DNA of 64,000 nucleotides, taken from assembly GCF_036964675.1 (NCBI RefSeq), contig NZ_JBALTF010000003.1, forward strand, positions 5,628 to 69,627. Reading direction: 5' to 3'. This document shows positions 20,816-30,771 of the stretch, one piece after another (within the stretch, counting starts at the first letter, position 1; the number at the start of each line of letters is the position of its first letter). The stretch comes from Parasphingorhabdus sp. Its GTDB lineage: Bacteria > Pseudomonadota > Alphaproteobacteria > Sphingomonadales > Sphingomonadaceae. Below the pieces are notes generated by a model, which was given only the letters and a program-made list of their open reading frames with translations, was not told the origin of the DNA and made no database searches. Both the position numbers and the translations under genes were made by a program.

Positions 20816-22189
20816 ATGGCATCAAGAGCCGATCAGGTCGCAGCCAATCTAAGCCTGGCGAAATTTGGCGAAGCTACCGAATTGCGCAATCGCATCTGGT
20901 TTACACTCGGCGCGCTTATCATTTTTCGTCTCCTCAGTTTCGTTCCGCTGCCGGGCGTTGATCCGGTCGTTCTGGCTGATCTCTATGATCAGACCCGTGG
21001 CGGCGTTCTCGATATTTTTAATACATTTTCAGGCGGCTCGCTCGAACGGATGAGCCTGATTGCCTTGGGCGTCATGCCCTATATTACCGCGTCGATCGTG
21101 GTTCAGCTGGCTGCGGCGCTGTCGCCGACCTTGGCCGCGGTCAAAAAAGAAGGCGAATCGGGCCGCAAGAAACTCAATCAATATACCCGCTATGGCACGG
21201 TCGGCCTGACCGCCGTCCAGGGCTATTTCATTGCAGTGGGACTGGAAAGCTTCGCTTCCCAGTCCGGTTTGCAGGCGGTTGTTGAGCCCGGTTATATGTT
21301 CCGTGTTGGCGCGGTGATCAGTCTGGTTGGTGGAACTCTGTTCCTGATGTGGCTGGGTGAACAGATCACCAGCCGCGGCATCGGCAATGGTATCTCGCTG
21401 ATCATCATGGCCGGCATTGTCGCCCAGATGCCGACCTTTGTTGGTAATTTGATGGAAGGCAGCCGCACCGGTTCGATCAGCGCGCTGACGATCGTTGGTC
21501 TGATTGTGATGGTGGCCGGACTGGTATTGTTCATCAGCTTCATGGAGCGCGCCCAACGAAGGGTGCTGATCCAATATCCGAAGCGTGCCACCCAGAATGG
21601 CGTGATGCAGGCAGATCGCAGTCATCTGCCGCTGAAGGTCAATACGGCAGGTGTAATCCCGCCGATTTTCGCTTCTTCGCTGCTGTTGATGCCCCTGACG
21701 GTGAGCCAATTTGCCGGCAATGCAACATCCGGAGAAACTATGTTCGGTGATTTCGTCATCATGCTGAACCAGTATCTCGCTCATGGTCAGCCGCTATATA
21801 TGGCGCTGTACGCGTCGGGCATTGTCTTCTTCTGTTTCTTCTACACGGCGGTCGTGTTCAATCCGGAGGAAACAGCAGAGAATCTGAAGAAAAATGGTGG
21901 TTTCGTACCAGGCATCCGTCCGGGCAAGAACACGGCTGATTATCTGGATTATGTGCTGACCCGGATTACCGTGGTTGGCGCTGCCTATCTGGCCTTCGTC
22001 TGTGTGTTGCCGGAATATGTGATGGCCCAGACAAGTCTGCCGATCTTCTTCCTTGGCGGTACCAGCCTGCTGATCGTCGTCAACGTGACGGTTGATACCG
22101 TGACGCAGATCCAGAGCCATTTGTTGGCGCTGCAATATGGCGATTTGCTAAAGAAGGCCAAACTCAAGGGCGGACGACGCAAACGCTAA
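20816..22189 (+). CDS. secY: Preprotein translocase subunit SecY
   Basis: LGVMPYITASI..GIGNGIS..AGVIP..GGTSLLI. Confidence 0.99.
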   Translation: MASRADQVAANLSLAKFGEATELRNRIWFTLGALIIFRLLSFVPLPGVDPVVLADLYDQTRGGVLDIFNTFSGGSLERMSLIALGVMPYITASIVVQLAAALSPTLAAVKKEGESGRKKLNQYTRYGTVGLTAVQGYFIAVGLESFASQSGLQAVVEPGYMFRVGAVISLVGGTLFLMWLGEQITSRGIGNGISLIIMAGIVAQMPTFVGNLMEGSRTGSISALTIVGLIVMVAGLVLFISFMERAQRRVLIQYPKRATQNGVMQADRSHLPLKVNTAGVIPPIFASSLLLMPLTVSQFAGNATSGETMFGDFVIMLNQYLAHGQPLYMALYASGIVFFCFFYTAVVFNPEETAENLKKNGGFVPGIRPGKNTADYLDYVLTRITVVGAAYLAFVCVLPEYVMAQTSLPIFFLGGTSLLIVVNVTVDTVTQIQSHLLALQYGDLLKKAKLKGGRRKR

Positions 22190-22245
22190 GATCCGAACAC
22201 GCTAATTTGACACTAGAATCATTCCATCATCACGGGGGTAATCGT

Positions 22246-22893
22246 ATGGACATCATCTTGTTGGGGCCACCAGGTGCCGGGAAGGGGACCCAAGCGGGCC
22301 GTCTGGAAGATGAGCATGGCATGGTCCAATTGTCGACGGGCGATATGCTCCGGGCAGCGGTAAAAGCTGGCACCGAAGTCGGCTTGAAAGCCAAGGCTTT
22401 GATGGACGCAGGGGAGCTGGTTCCCGATGACGTTGTGTCTGGCATTATCGGTGACAAGCTGGATGAGCTAGGCCCAGAAAAAGGCGTTATCTTTGACGGC
22501 TATCCGCGGACAGCCGCACAAGCAGCGTCGCTGGACGAGATATTGTCAGCCAGAAATCGCGTCCTTGCGCATGTGATCGAGCTTGCCGTTGATGAAGACG
22601 CGCTGGTTGAGCGGATCACTGGCCGGTTCACCTGCGGCAATTGCGGTGCAGGCTATCACGACACATTCAAACAGCCCGCCGTCGATGGCGTTTGCGATGT
22701 GTGCGGCAAAAGCGAATTCAAGCGCCGCCCGGATGACAATGAAGAAACCGTGCGCACGCGCATGAAAGAATATCGGGCGAAGACGGCGCCCATCCTGCCG
22801 ATCTACGAAGCGCGCGGGATCGTGCGCAAGGTGAATGGCATGGGCAGCATGGCGGAAGTCAATGAAGCGATTGAGGCTGTGCTGGCGCTCTGA
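22246..22893 (+). CDS. adk: Adenylate kinase (Zn-binding LID)
   Basis: GPPGAGKGT P-loop, FDGYPR, CxxC..CxxC in LID; ATG 22246. Confidence 0.98.
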   Translation: MDIILLGPPGAGKGTQAGRLEDEHGMVQLSTGDMLRAAVKAGTEVGLKAKALMDAGELVPDDVVSGIIGDKLDELGPEKGVIFDGYPRTAAQAASLDEILSARNRVLAHVIELAVDEDALVERITGRFTCGNCGAGYHDTFKQPAVDGVCDVCGKSEFKRRPDDNEETVRTRMKEYRAKTAPILPIYEARGIVRKVNGMGSMAEVNEAIEAVLAL

Positions 22894-22917
22894 ACAGATT
22901 TCACGGGAGACAAGGTC

Positions 22918-23562
22918 ATGGCTAAGCTGGCATTCCGCGCAATATTGGCAATCGCAACGCTTTGCAGCATGTCCGCCGCGAATGGAGAAGTGACCAACAC
23001 CGCCGACAATGGCTTTACCGTGCAGCACCAGAGAGTGATTTCCGCTGATAATGAAGCGGTCTGGAAGGCGATGATCGCGCCGTCGCGCTATTGGAATAGC
23101 GATCACAGCTGGACCGGTGATGCTGAAAATTTCTATCTCGTGCCGCAGGCCGGTGGCTGTTTTTGCGAGCTTATCCGGACGACGTCGGACGACAATATCA
23201 AATCGTCAGACGGCAGCGTTCAGCACATGCGGGTAATCTACGCGCACAACAACAAGATGCTCCGCATGTCCGGCGCGCTCGGCCCGCTCCAGGGTGAGGC
23301 GGTCATCGGCACGTTGACCATGCTATTGCAGCCGCAAGGTGATAGCACCGTGGCCCGGTTCACCTATAAGGTGGGCGGCTATATGGAATTTCCGGTAGAT
23401 CAGATCGCGCCGGCGGTGGATGGCGTGATCGGAGAGCAACTGGCGCGTCTGTCGGCCTTGTTCGGCGATCCGGAAGCGGCTGCTGGCGATTCTAAGGATG
23501 AAGCAGTCGGGCAAAGTGACGACGAAGCGAGCGACGTCGACAAGGATGACGACCTGAGCTGA
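22918..23562 (+). CDS. Exported SRPBCC/START-fold protein
   Basis: Signal peptide; AVW..WNSDHSW..GGCFCE..RMSGALGPLQ pattern typical of polyketide cyclase/SRPBCC family; acidic tail. Confidence 0.7.
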   Translation: MAKLAFRAILAIATLCSMSAANGEVTNTADNGFTVQHQRVISADNEAVWKAMIAPSRYWNSDHSWTGDAENFYLVPQAGGCFCELIRTTSDDNIKSSDGSVQHMRVIYAHNNKMLRMSGALGPLQGEAVIGTLTMLLQPQGDSTVARFTYKVGGYMEFPVDQIAPAVDGVIGEQLARLSALFGDPEAAAGDSKDEAVGQSDDEASDVDKDDDLS

Positions 23563-23694
23563 TTCAGACCCCATTTCAAGACTTTACCTAGCCTGTTTAA
23601 TAGTTCTATGAGGAGTCCATACTCGTTGTCGACTTGAGGAGGTCGACAGCGATAAACGGGTCGTGCAGACATTCAATATTTGAGGGGTTAGACG

Positions 23695-25050
23695 ATGGCC
23701 GTTTCCGATCATGTAGATTTTCCGACATTCATGGAAGGCGTCAAGAAACGCAATCCGGGCCAGCCTGAATTTGTTCAGGCCGTGCAGGAAGTCGCGATGG
23801 ATATTTTTGATTTCATCGAAGACAAAGAAGCCTATCACACAGCACAGATTCTGCGGCGTATTGCCGAGCCTGACCGGGTGATATCATTCCGGGTTTGCTG
23901 GGAAGATGACAATCACTGCGTCCGCGTCCAACGCGGCTATCGCGTCCAGAATAACAACGCCATCGGCCCCTATAAGGGCGGTATCCGTTTTCACCCGAGC
24001 GTCACCGAAAGCGTGCTGAAATTCCTCGCGTTCGAGCAGACCTTCAAAAACTCATTGACCGGACTGCCGATGGGCGGCGGCAAGGGCGGTGCAAACTTCA
24101 ACCCCAAGGGCAAGTCCGACGCTGAAGTCATGCGCTTCTGCCAATCGTTCATGACTGAATTATATCGTCACATTGGCCCGGACACGGATGTTCCCGCCGG
24201 AGATATCGGCGTGGGCGGACGTGAAATTGGTTATATGTTTGGCCAGTATAAGCGTATCACCAATCGCTGGGAAGGCGTGCTGACCGGCAAGGGCATGGAA
24301 TATGGCGGCTCTCAGATGCGCCCGGAAGCGACCGGTTACGGCGCGGTCTATTTCATGGAAAATATGCTCAAGCATAGAAATGACGCGATCGCTGGCAAGA
24401 CTGCCGTCATTTCCGGTTCCGGCAATGTTGCCACCCATGCGGCCGAGCAGATTACCAAGCAAGGCGGCAAGGTCTTGACGCTCTCGGATAGCGGCGGCTT
24501 CATCCATGATCCCGACGGCATTGATCAGGACAAGATCGACTGGATCAAGGATCTCAAGAATAACAAGCGTGGCCGGATCAGTGAATATGCGGATCATTTC
24601 ACCAGCGCATCCTATCATGAAGGCAAGCGCCCGTGGAATGTGCCCTGTGACCTGGCACTGCCTTGCGCGACACAGAATGAACTCAATGAAGAAGAAGCCA
24701 AAGAGCTGGTTAGCAACGGCGTGATTGCCGTGTCGGAAGGCGCGAACATGCCGACCACGCTGGAAGGCGTCCACGTCTTCCATGATGCCAGGATCATGTA
24801 TGGTCCGGGTAAAGCGGCCAATGCTGGCGGTGTCGCCGTCTCCGGTCTCGAAATGAGCCAGAATGCGGAACGGATCAGCTGGAACCATGCGCGGCTCGGC
24901 GAGATGTTGACCGATCTGATGGAAGGCATTCACGGCAAATGTGTCGAATATGGAGATCAGGGCGATGGCTATGTCGACTATGTGAAGGGCGCCAATATTG
25001 CTGGCTTCAAAAAAGTGGCGGATGCCATGCTGGCTTATGGTGTCGTCTAG
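23695..25050 (+). CDS. gdhA: NADP-specific glutamate dehydrogenase
   Basis: GPYKGG.RFHP, KFLAFEQ.FKNSLT, MGGGKGG, GANMP. Confidence 0.96.
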   Translation: MAVSDHVDFPTFMEGVKKRNPGQPEFVQAVQEVAMDIFDFIEDKEAYHTAQILRRIAEPDRVISFRVCWEDDNHCVRVQRGYRVQNNNAIGPYKGGIRFHPSVTESVLKFLAFEQTFKNSLTGLPMGGGKGGANFNPKGKSDAEVMRFCQSFMTELYRHIGPDTDVPAGDIGVGGREIGYMFGQYKRITNRWEGVLTGKGMEYGGSQMRPEATGYGAVYFMENMLKHRNDAIAGKTAVISGSGNVATHAAEQITKQGGKVLTLSDSGGFIHDPDGIDQDKIDWIKDLKNNKRGRISEYADHFTSASYHEGKRPWNVPCDLALPCATQNELNEEEAKELVSNGVIAVSEGANMPTTLEGVHVFHDARIMYGPGKAANAGGVAVSGLEMSQNAERISWNHARLGEMLTDLMEGIHGKCVEYGDQGDGYVDYVKGANIAGFKKVADAMLAYGVV

Positions 25051-25099
25051 ATTATAATTATCTTGCGCAAGAATGTGCCATCGGCCAAATCATTGGCCG

Positions 25100-25579
25100 A
25101 TGGCACAGGCAAATATCCCCAAGGTTAAGCGGCTCCTTAAAAAGCTGAAGGAGCCCTGCGAAATCGGTTGGTGCGAGCTGATCGATTTGCCCGAATTCGG
25201 CGTGATAAACCTTCATGCCAAGGTTGATACCGGGGCAGCCACTTCCTCGCTCCACGCCACCCGCATCAAGCCATTTGAAAAAGACGGACAGCAATTTGTG
25301 CAATTCACGATCCCTATGGGATCCGGCGTTGCAGACCATCATTGCGAAGCTCGGGTCTACGGTCAGCGTAGAATCAAGAGCAGTAATGGTGTCATGCAGA
25401 CCCGTTATGTGGTAGAGACAGTCATGAAGCTCGGACCGCTAGAGTGGGTCGGGCATATGACGCTTGCCAATAGGCAATCAATGATATTTCCGGTCCTTAT
25501 AGGTCGTCGGGCGCTGAAACGGGGCTTCCTCGTCAATAGCGCCAAGCGCTGGATGCTGGGCCGGCACGAAGAAAGATAA
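25100..25579 (+). CDS. RimB-like retropepsin-fold protease (putative ATP-dependent zinc protease family)
   Basis: IGWCE..AKVDTGAATSSLH..LIGRRAL; directly upstream of rimK. Confidence 0.88.
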   Translation: MAQANIPKVKRLLKKLKEPCEIGWCELIDLPEFGVINLHAKVDTGAATSSLHATRIKPFEKDGQQFVQFTIPMGSGVADHHCEARVYGQRRIKSSNGVMQTRYVVETVMKLGPLEWVGHMTLANRQSMIFPVLIGRRALKRGFLVNSAKRWMLGRHEER

Positions 25580-25582
25580 TTT

Positions 25583-26488
25583 ATGAAAATCGCTATGCTT
25601 GCCCGAAATCCGAGACTCTATTCCCACAAACGCCTGGTCGAGGCGGCGGAAGAACGCGGTCATGAGATGAGAATTCTCAACACGTTGCGCTGTACGATGA
25701 ACATTACATCTCATCGGCCAAGCATATTGTATAATGGCGAAACGCTAACCGGCTTTGATGCTGTGATTCCGCGTATCGGCGCATCGATCACCCATTATGG
25801 TCTGGCCGTGCTGCGCCAGTTCGAGATGATGGGCGTATGGCCGCTGAACGAAAGCGTTGCCGTCGGCCGCTCGCGCGACAAGCTGCGCTCGATGCAGATT
25901 TTCGCCAAACATGGCCTGGGCTTGCCGGTGACCGCTTTTGCTCATGATCCGAAGCAGACCGACGAAGTGCTCAAGATTGTTGGTGGCGCGCCGGCGGTCA
26001 TCAAGCTGCTCGAAGGCACCCAGGGCATTGGTGTGGTGCTTGGCGAAACCAACAATAGCGCCAAGTCGGTTATCGAGGCATTTCGCGGGCTTAACGTCAA
26101 TATTCTGGTGCAGGAATTTATCAAGGAAGCGGGATCGAGTGACATCCGGATCTTTGTGGTCGGCGGCAAGGTTGTCGCGGCGATGATGCGGACGGGCGCG
26201 GCGGGCGATTTCCGCTCCAACCTCCACCGGGGCGGTACCGCAAAAATGGTCAAGATCACGCCGGAAGAGCGGTCCACCGCGATCCGGGCGGCAAAGGTGA
26301 TGGGGCTGAACGTCGCAGGCGTTGACATATTGCGCGCCAATCATGGTCCGGTGATCATGGAGGTGAATAGTTCGCCGGGTCTCGAAGGTATCGAGGCCGC
26401 GACCGGCAAGGATGTGGCCGGTCAGATAATCGAATTTATCGAAGCCAAGGCCAAGTCCGGCAATACCAAGACCAAGGGGCAGGGCTAA
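25583..26488 (+). CDS. rimK: ATP-grasp glutamate ligase RimK
   Basis: [42 protein letters not shown]. Confidence 0.96.
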   Translation: MKIAMLARNPRLYSHKRLVEAAEERGHEMRILNTLRCTMNITSHRPSILYNGETLTGFDAVIPRIGASITHYGLAVLRQFEMMGVWPLNESVAVGRSRDKLRSMQIFAKHGLGLPVTAFAHDPKQTDEVLKIVGGAPAVIKLLEGTQGIGVVLGETNNSAKSVIEAFRGLNVNILVQEFIKEAGSSDIRIFVVGGKVVAAMMRTGAAGDFRSNLHRGGTAKMVKITPEERSTAIRAAKVMGLNVAGVDILRANHGPVIMEVNSSPGLEGIEAATGKDVAGQIIEFIEAKAKSGNTKTKGQG

Positions 26489-26528
26489 CAGCCCTGCGTC
26501 TGGCGGAAGTCGCCGGGCAGAGGCTGGT

Positions 26529-26567
26529 GCCGGGACGGAATGGGCAATCTGCCGATTCCGTCCCGGC
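26529..26567. terminator. Strong hairpin between convergent rimK and M14 peptidase
   Basis: 13-bp perfect stem GCCGGGACGGAAT/ATTCCGTCCCGGC. Confidence 0.65.
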
Positions 26568-26573
26568 TGCCGT

Positions 26574-27626
26574 TTATATCACTTCATCCTCGTCGAGCAG
26601 CTGATTGCTGGTGATCGCACCCTCGATCTGCTCGAGCCGTTCTCCTACCGTATGGAATATTCTTACTTCGGCAATGTGGAGTAGCGCGTCGCCCTGATTG
26701 ACGACGGGCAGGTTGCTGTGGCCGATAACAATCCCGTCAACCGGTGAGAGGATCGCTTCTTCGCCATCGCCAAAAATATCGCTGATATAGGCCACGGGGG
26801 TGCCTTTGTGGACCTTGGTCCCGGATGGCGAAACCAGTCGGCAAATGCCGCCTCTGGTTGAGCGCAGCCAGACCGTGCGGGTCGCCTGGGCTGGCGGAGC
26901 CCCGCGCTTTCCGAGCCGTTTGGTGTCGATCATCTCCAGTTTCTTGAGCACTCGCAAAATGCCGTTGACCCCGGTCAATACGGAAAATTCGTCGAAGCGC
27001 AGGGCTTCTCCGGCTTCCATCAGCAGCATGTCGACGCCGGCTTCCCGTGCCAGTGCCCGCAGGGAACCGGGGCGCAAATCCGCCTCGATGACAACCGGTG
27101 GCCCAAATTCGAGCGCCAGTTCCGTGAGTTCGGGATTGCCCGAAGCGATACGGATCTGCGGCAGATTATACCGGTGCTGCGCGGCGCTGTGGATATCAAT
27201 GCCGAGCGAGCAATGATCGATAATCTCGGTAGAGAAAATATTGGCCAGCTGCGACGCCAGCGAGCCTTTTTCGGTTCCCGGAAAAGACCGGTTGAGATCG
27301 CGGCGATCGGGCAAATAGCGGCTGTGGGTGATGAAGCCGAACATATTGACCACCGGCACGAAGATTACGGTCCCGGCCATGCGCGACGGATGGAGTTTCT
27401 TCATTACCCGGCGGATGATCTCGGTGCCGATGATTTCATCGCCATGGATCGCTGCGCTGATGAATATCGTCGGTCCGGTGCGCTTCCCGTGAAATACGCG
27501 TACGACCATATTGGCCTGCATGCCGGCCGAGAGATCGCTGACCGGAATGGCAATATCGCCGATCTTACCTGGAGCAATCGTCTGCCCGCCTATTTCGAAC
27601 AGATCATGCTTGTTTCTATTGGCCAT
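26574..27626 (-). CDS. Succinylglutamate desuccinylase/aspartoacylase (M14) family peptidase
   Basis: AAIHGDE, DLNRSFPG, IDIHS, MEAG motifs; GGGGA RBS before ATG 27626. Confidence 0.9.
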   Translation of the reverse strand: MANRNKHDLFEIGGQTIAPGKIGDIAIPVSDLSAGMQANMVVRVFHGKRTGPTIFISAAIHGDEIIGTEIIRRVMKKLHPSRMAGTVIFVPVVNMFGFITHSRYLPDRRDLNRSFPGTEKGSLASQLANIFSTEIIDHCSLGIDIHSAAQHRYNLPQIRIASGNPELTELALEFGPPVVIEADLRPGSLRALAREAGVDMLLMEAGEALRFDEFSVLTGVNGILRVLKKLEMIDTKRLGKRGAPPAQATRTVWLRSTRGGICRLVSPSGTKVHKGTPVAYISDIFGDGEEAILSPVDGIVIGHSNLPVVNQGDALLHIAEVRIFHTVGERLEQIEGAITSNQLLDEDEVI

Positions 27627-28004
27627 TGATTTCCCCCGATGAACTTCGGGAAACGTTACTGTATTTTTTTGGCAAAGCGAAGCATGAACGGCAGGGGTGG
27701 TTCTCCACTTGCGAGCCGCTCCATTACCTGGCTCACGATGCTGCGCTTGCAGGCTAAGACCGTTGAGCCTCGGGGAGAGCCACTCCCTAGAAAGCATCCC
27801 ACATTGGCTCGTTTTCCTTCGAGTCTGGCGAGGAAGACTCTGGCCAGCCACAAGGCCAAGGCGGTTCCGATTCCAGCAGGCCAAAATTTATCGCGCGATC
27901 ATGTCGGAGAGCTAACATCGGTGGTTTTTAAACTATTGTCTTTCAGGCTAGTGGGCTAGGTGCTGAGTAGGCAGGGAATAGCCGGTTTTCTAGGCATTCC
28001 ACGG

Positions 28005-28033
28005 TTGACACCGACGCAGACTCGCCCTACGCC
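28005..28033 (+). promoter_or_regulatory. Sigma70-type promoter of alpha operon
   Basis: TTGACA-N17-TACGCC upstream of rpsM. Confidence 0.6.
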
Positions 28034-28171
28034 ACAATTATTCGAAATCCAACACAACCGGCAGCGCCCTTCGTGCGTCCGCTGGTTTTGTGCGTTTCGG
28101 GTGTGTTTTTAACGACTTGGCGATGAGATAGGGCCCTGCGAATCGGGTCCTGTGGAGCATGGAGAAAAATA

Positions 28172-28540
28172 TTGGCACGTATTGCTGGGGTAAATATCCC
28201 CACTAACAAGCGCGTAATCATTGCGCTTACCTACATTCACGGTATCGGACGCACCGCTGCGGCTGACATTGTTGAAAAATTGAAGATCGATCCAGCCCGC
28301 CGGGTTCAGGACCTTACCGATCAGGAAGTTTTGCACATTCGTGAAACGATTGATGCCGATCATACGGTTGAAGGCGATTTGCGGCGTGAAGTTGCAATGA
28401 ACATCAAGCGTTTGATGGATCTGGCCTGCTATCGCGGCCTGCGTCACCGTAAAGGCCTGCCAGTTCGCGGACAGCGTACGCATACCAATGCGCGCACCCG
28501 TAAAGGCAAGCCCAAGGCGATTGCTGGCAAGAAGAAATAA
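28172..28540 (+). CDS. rpsM: 30S ribosomal protein S13
   Basis: TTG start 7 nt after GGAG; [15 protein letters not shown]. Confidence 0.98.
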   Translation: MARIAGVNIPTNKRVIIALTYIHGIGRTAAADIVEKLKIDPARRVQDLTDQEVLHIRETIDADHTVEGDLRREVAMNIKRLMDLACYRGLRHRKGLPVRGQRTHTNARTRKGKPKAIAGKKK

Positions 28541-28590
28541 GGCTTGTCTTCGGATAAGTATTTTCAAGATATTAGGTAGGAATTGATCAA

Positions 28591-28980
28591 ATGGCACGCG
28601 AACCGCAGCGCATAAAGAAAAGCGCGCGCAAAAACATTTCGGCAGGCGTAGCGCACGTCAACGCCACTTTTAACAACACGATGGTCACCATCACTGATGC
28701 TCAGGGCAATACACTAAGCTGGTCCTCCGCAGGGATGATGGGCTTTAAGGGCTCTCGCAAGTCGACACCATATGCCGCTCAGGTTGCAGCGGAAGACGCT
28801 GGCAAGAAAGCGGCTGACCATGGCGTACGGACACTTGAAGTCGAAGTAAAAGGCCCCGGTTCCGGTCGTGAATCCGCTCTTCGTGCGCTTCAGGCCGTTG
28901 GCTTCACGATCACCTCGATCCGTGATGTGACTCCCATTCCGCATAATGGTGTTCGCCCATCAAAACGGCGCCGCGTCTAA
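28591..28980 (+). CDS. rpsK: 30S ribosomal protein S11
   Basis: [22 protein letters not shown]. Confidence 0.99.
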   Translation: MAREPQRIKKSARKNISAGVAHVNATFNNTMVTITDAQGNTLSWSSAGMMGFKGSRKSTPYAAQVAAEDAGKKAADHGVRTLEVEVKGPGSGRESALRALQAVGFTITSIRDVTPIPHNGVRPSKRRRV

Positions 28981-29085
28981 AACCGCTCGAGTTTCTGGGA
29001 CAGGCCGGTTGGCCGGTCCCACATTTTTAAAATTCAGAGCGGTATTGACGTCCACATCCGCTCTTTGAACTACTAGGGGAAGTCC

Positions 29086-30144
29086 ATGACTGTCAATATG
29101 AAGAACTGGCAAGAACTGAAGAAGCCCAACGTCCTCGACATCAAGCCCGGCGGAGATCCGAAGCGCAAGGCGACTTTCATCGCTGAGCCTCTGGAACGCG
29201 GTTTTGGCCTGACCATGGGCAACGCGCTGCGCCGCGTGCTTCTGTCCTCGCTTCAGGGTGCGGCAGTTACCTCGATCAAGATCGAAAACGCCCTGCACGA
29301 ATTTTCGTCGCTGGCCGGCGTTCGTGAAGATGTGACCGACATTGTCCTGAACATCAAGCAGATTGCATTGAAAATGGAAAGCGAAGACGCAAAGCGTCTG
29401 CAGCTCTCCGCAACCGGTCCTGGGGAAGTCAAGGCTGGCGATATCGCTGTCTCCGGTGATATTGAAATCATGAACCCGGAAATGGTAATCTGCCATCTCG
29501 ACGAAGGCGCTTCGCTGAACATGGAACTGACCGTCAATGTCGGTAAGGGCTATGTTCCTGCAGTTGCCAACCGTCCTGCCGATGCACCCATCGGTCTGAT
29601 CCCGATCGACTCGCTCTATTCGCCAGTCCGTCAGGTATCGTACAAGGTCGACAATGCCCGCGTTGGTCAGGAACTGGACTTTGACAAGCTGAACCTCACC
29701 ATCGAAACCGATGGCACGGTTACACCTGAAGATGCGATTGCTTATGCAGCCCGCATCTTGCAGGACCAGCTGCAGCTTTTCGTGCATTTCGAAGAAGCTC
29801 TTGAACAGGTTTCCTCGCCGATCGGCATGGCCGCTCAGCAAAGCCAGGCAGAAAGCGATGCCAACCAGCTCAACCGCTATCTTCTCAAGAAGGTCGACGA
29901 ACTGGAACTCAGCGTTCGCTCTGCCAACTGCCTCAAGAACGACAATATCATCTATATTGGCGATCTCGTGCAGAAGACCGAAGCCGAAATGCTGCGCACA
30001 CCAAACTTTGGCCGCAAGTCCTTGAACGAAATCAAGGAAGTGCTGTCCAGCATGGGTCTGCGTCTCGGCATGGACATCCCCGGATGGCCGCCTGAAAATA
30101 TCGAAGAAATGGCCAAGAAGCTTGAACAAGAGCTGTTGGGTTAA
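29086..30144 (+). CDS. rpoA: RNA polymerase alpha subunit
   Basis: [32 protein letters not shown]. Confidence 0.99.
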   Translation: MTVNMKNWQELKKPNVLDIKPGGDPKRKATFIAEPLERGFGLTMGNALRRVLLSSLQGAAVTSIKIENALHEFSSLAGVREDVTDIVLNIKQIALKMESEDAKRLQLSATGPGEVKAGDIAVSGDIEIMNPEMVICHLDEGASLNMELTVNVGKGYVPAVANRPADAPIGLIPIDSLYSPVRQVSYKVDNARVGQELDFDKLNLTIETDGTVTPEDAIAYAARILQDQLQLFVHFEEALEQVSSPIGMAAQQSQAESDANQLNRYLLKKVDELELSVRSANCLKNDNIIYIGDLVQKTEAEMLRTPNFGRKSLNEIKEVLSSMGLRLGMDIPGWPPENIEEMAKKLEQELLG

Positions 30145-30151
30145 CTTTTCC

Positions 30152-30177
30152 GTTATCCCGGCGCAGGCCGGAATGAC
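30152..30177. repeat. Collapsed REP-like hairpin between rpoA and rplQ
   Basis: GTTATCCCGGCGCAGGCCGGAATGAC, resembling joined ends of a GTCATCCCGGCGCAGGCCGG-type repeat. Confidence 0.45.
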
Positions 30178-30262
30178 ACAAGGGGGTGACTGGTGATGCC
30201 TCTATAAAATCACCTGCTGCGGGGTACCTCATACGGCCCCTTAACGAACGAAGGAAATAACT

Positions 30263-30685
30263 ATGCGTCATAGAATGAAGGGCCGCCGTATGCAGCGGAC
30301 CGGTGCTCACCGTCAGGCTCTGCTAAAGAACCTCGCGGCTGCACTGATCAAGCATGAACAGATTCTTACGACTGTTCCCAAGGCGAAAGAATTGCGGCCG
30401 GTTGTTGAAAAACTGATCACGCTCGGCAAAAGAGGTGGCCTGTCCAACCGTCGTCTGGCGCATGCGCGTTTGATGGACGAGACCCAGGAAAAGAAACTTT
30501 TCGAAGTTCTTGCTGACCGTTATGCCGAACGCAGCGGTGGTTACACCCGTATCATTCGCGCCGGTTTCCGTGGTTCCGATGCTGCCCCGATGGCGATCAT
30601 CGAGCTGGTTGACCGGGATGTGGACGCGAAGGGTCAGGACAGCGGTCCGGACCAGAGCGTACAGGATGAATACGAAGAAGCATAA
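30263..30685 (+). CDS. rplQ: 50S ribosomal protein L17
   Basis: MRHR..KAKELR..GGYTRI. Confidence 0.98.
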   Translation: MRHRMKGRRMQRTGAHRQALLKNLAAALIKHEQILTTVPKAKELRPVVEKLITLGKRGGLSNRRLAHARLMDETQEKKLFEVLADRYAERSGGYTRIIRAGFRGSDAAPMAIIELVDRDVDAKGQDSGPDQSVQDEYEEA

Positions 30686-30720
30686 GTCCTTCATCCAGGA
30701 TACAGTTTCAATTGATATGG

Positions 30721-30758
30721 GAGGCCGTGAGCGATAAGCTTGCGGCCTCTTTTCTTTT
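30721..30758 (+). terminator. Intrinsic terminator of alpha operon
   Basis: GAGGCCGTGAGC/GCTTGCGGCCTC stem followed by TTTTCTTTT. Confidence 0.75.
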
Positions 30759-30771
30759 GCCCGGAGTGAAC

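Noticed and set aside
27656-27898. 80-codon open minus frame with a hydrophobic stretch upstream of the M14 peptidase, and the 86-codon N-terminal extension in the ORF track
   Set aside because: No ATG/RBS and no recognisable homology; the real start with RBS is ATG 27626.
28172-30685. Absence of rpsD, rpmJ and infA near the alpha operon
   Set aside because: Usual arrangement in Alphaproteobacteria; not a novelty.
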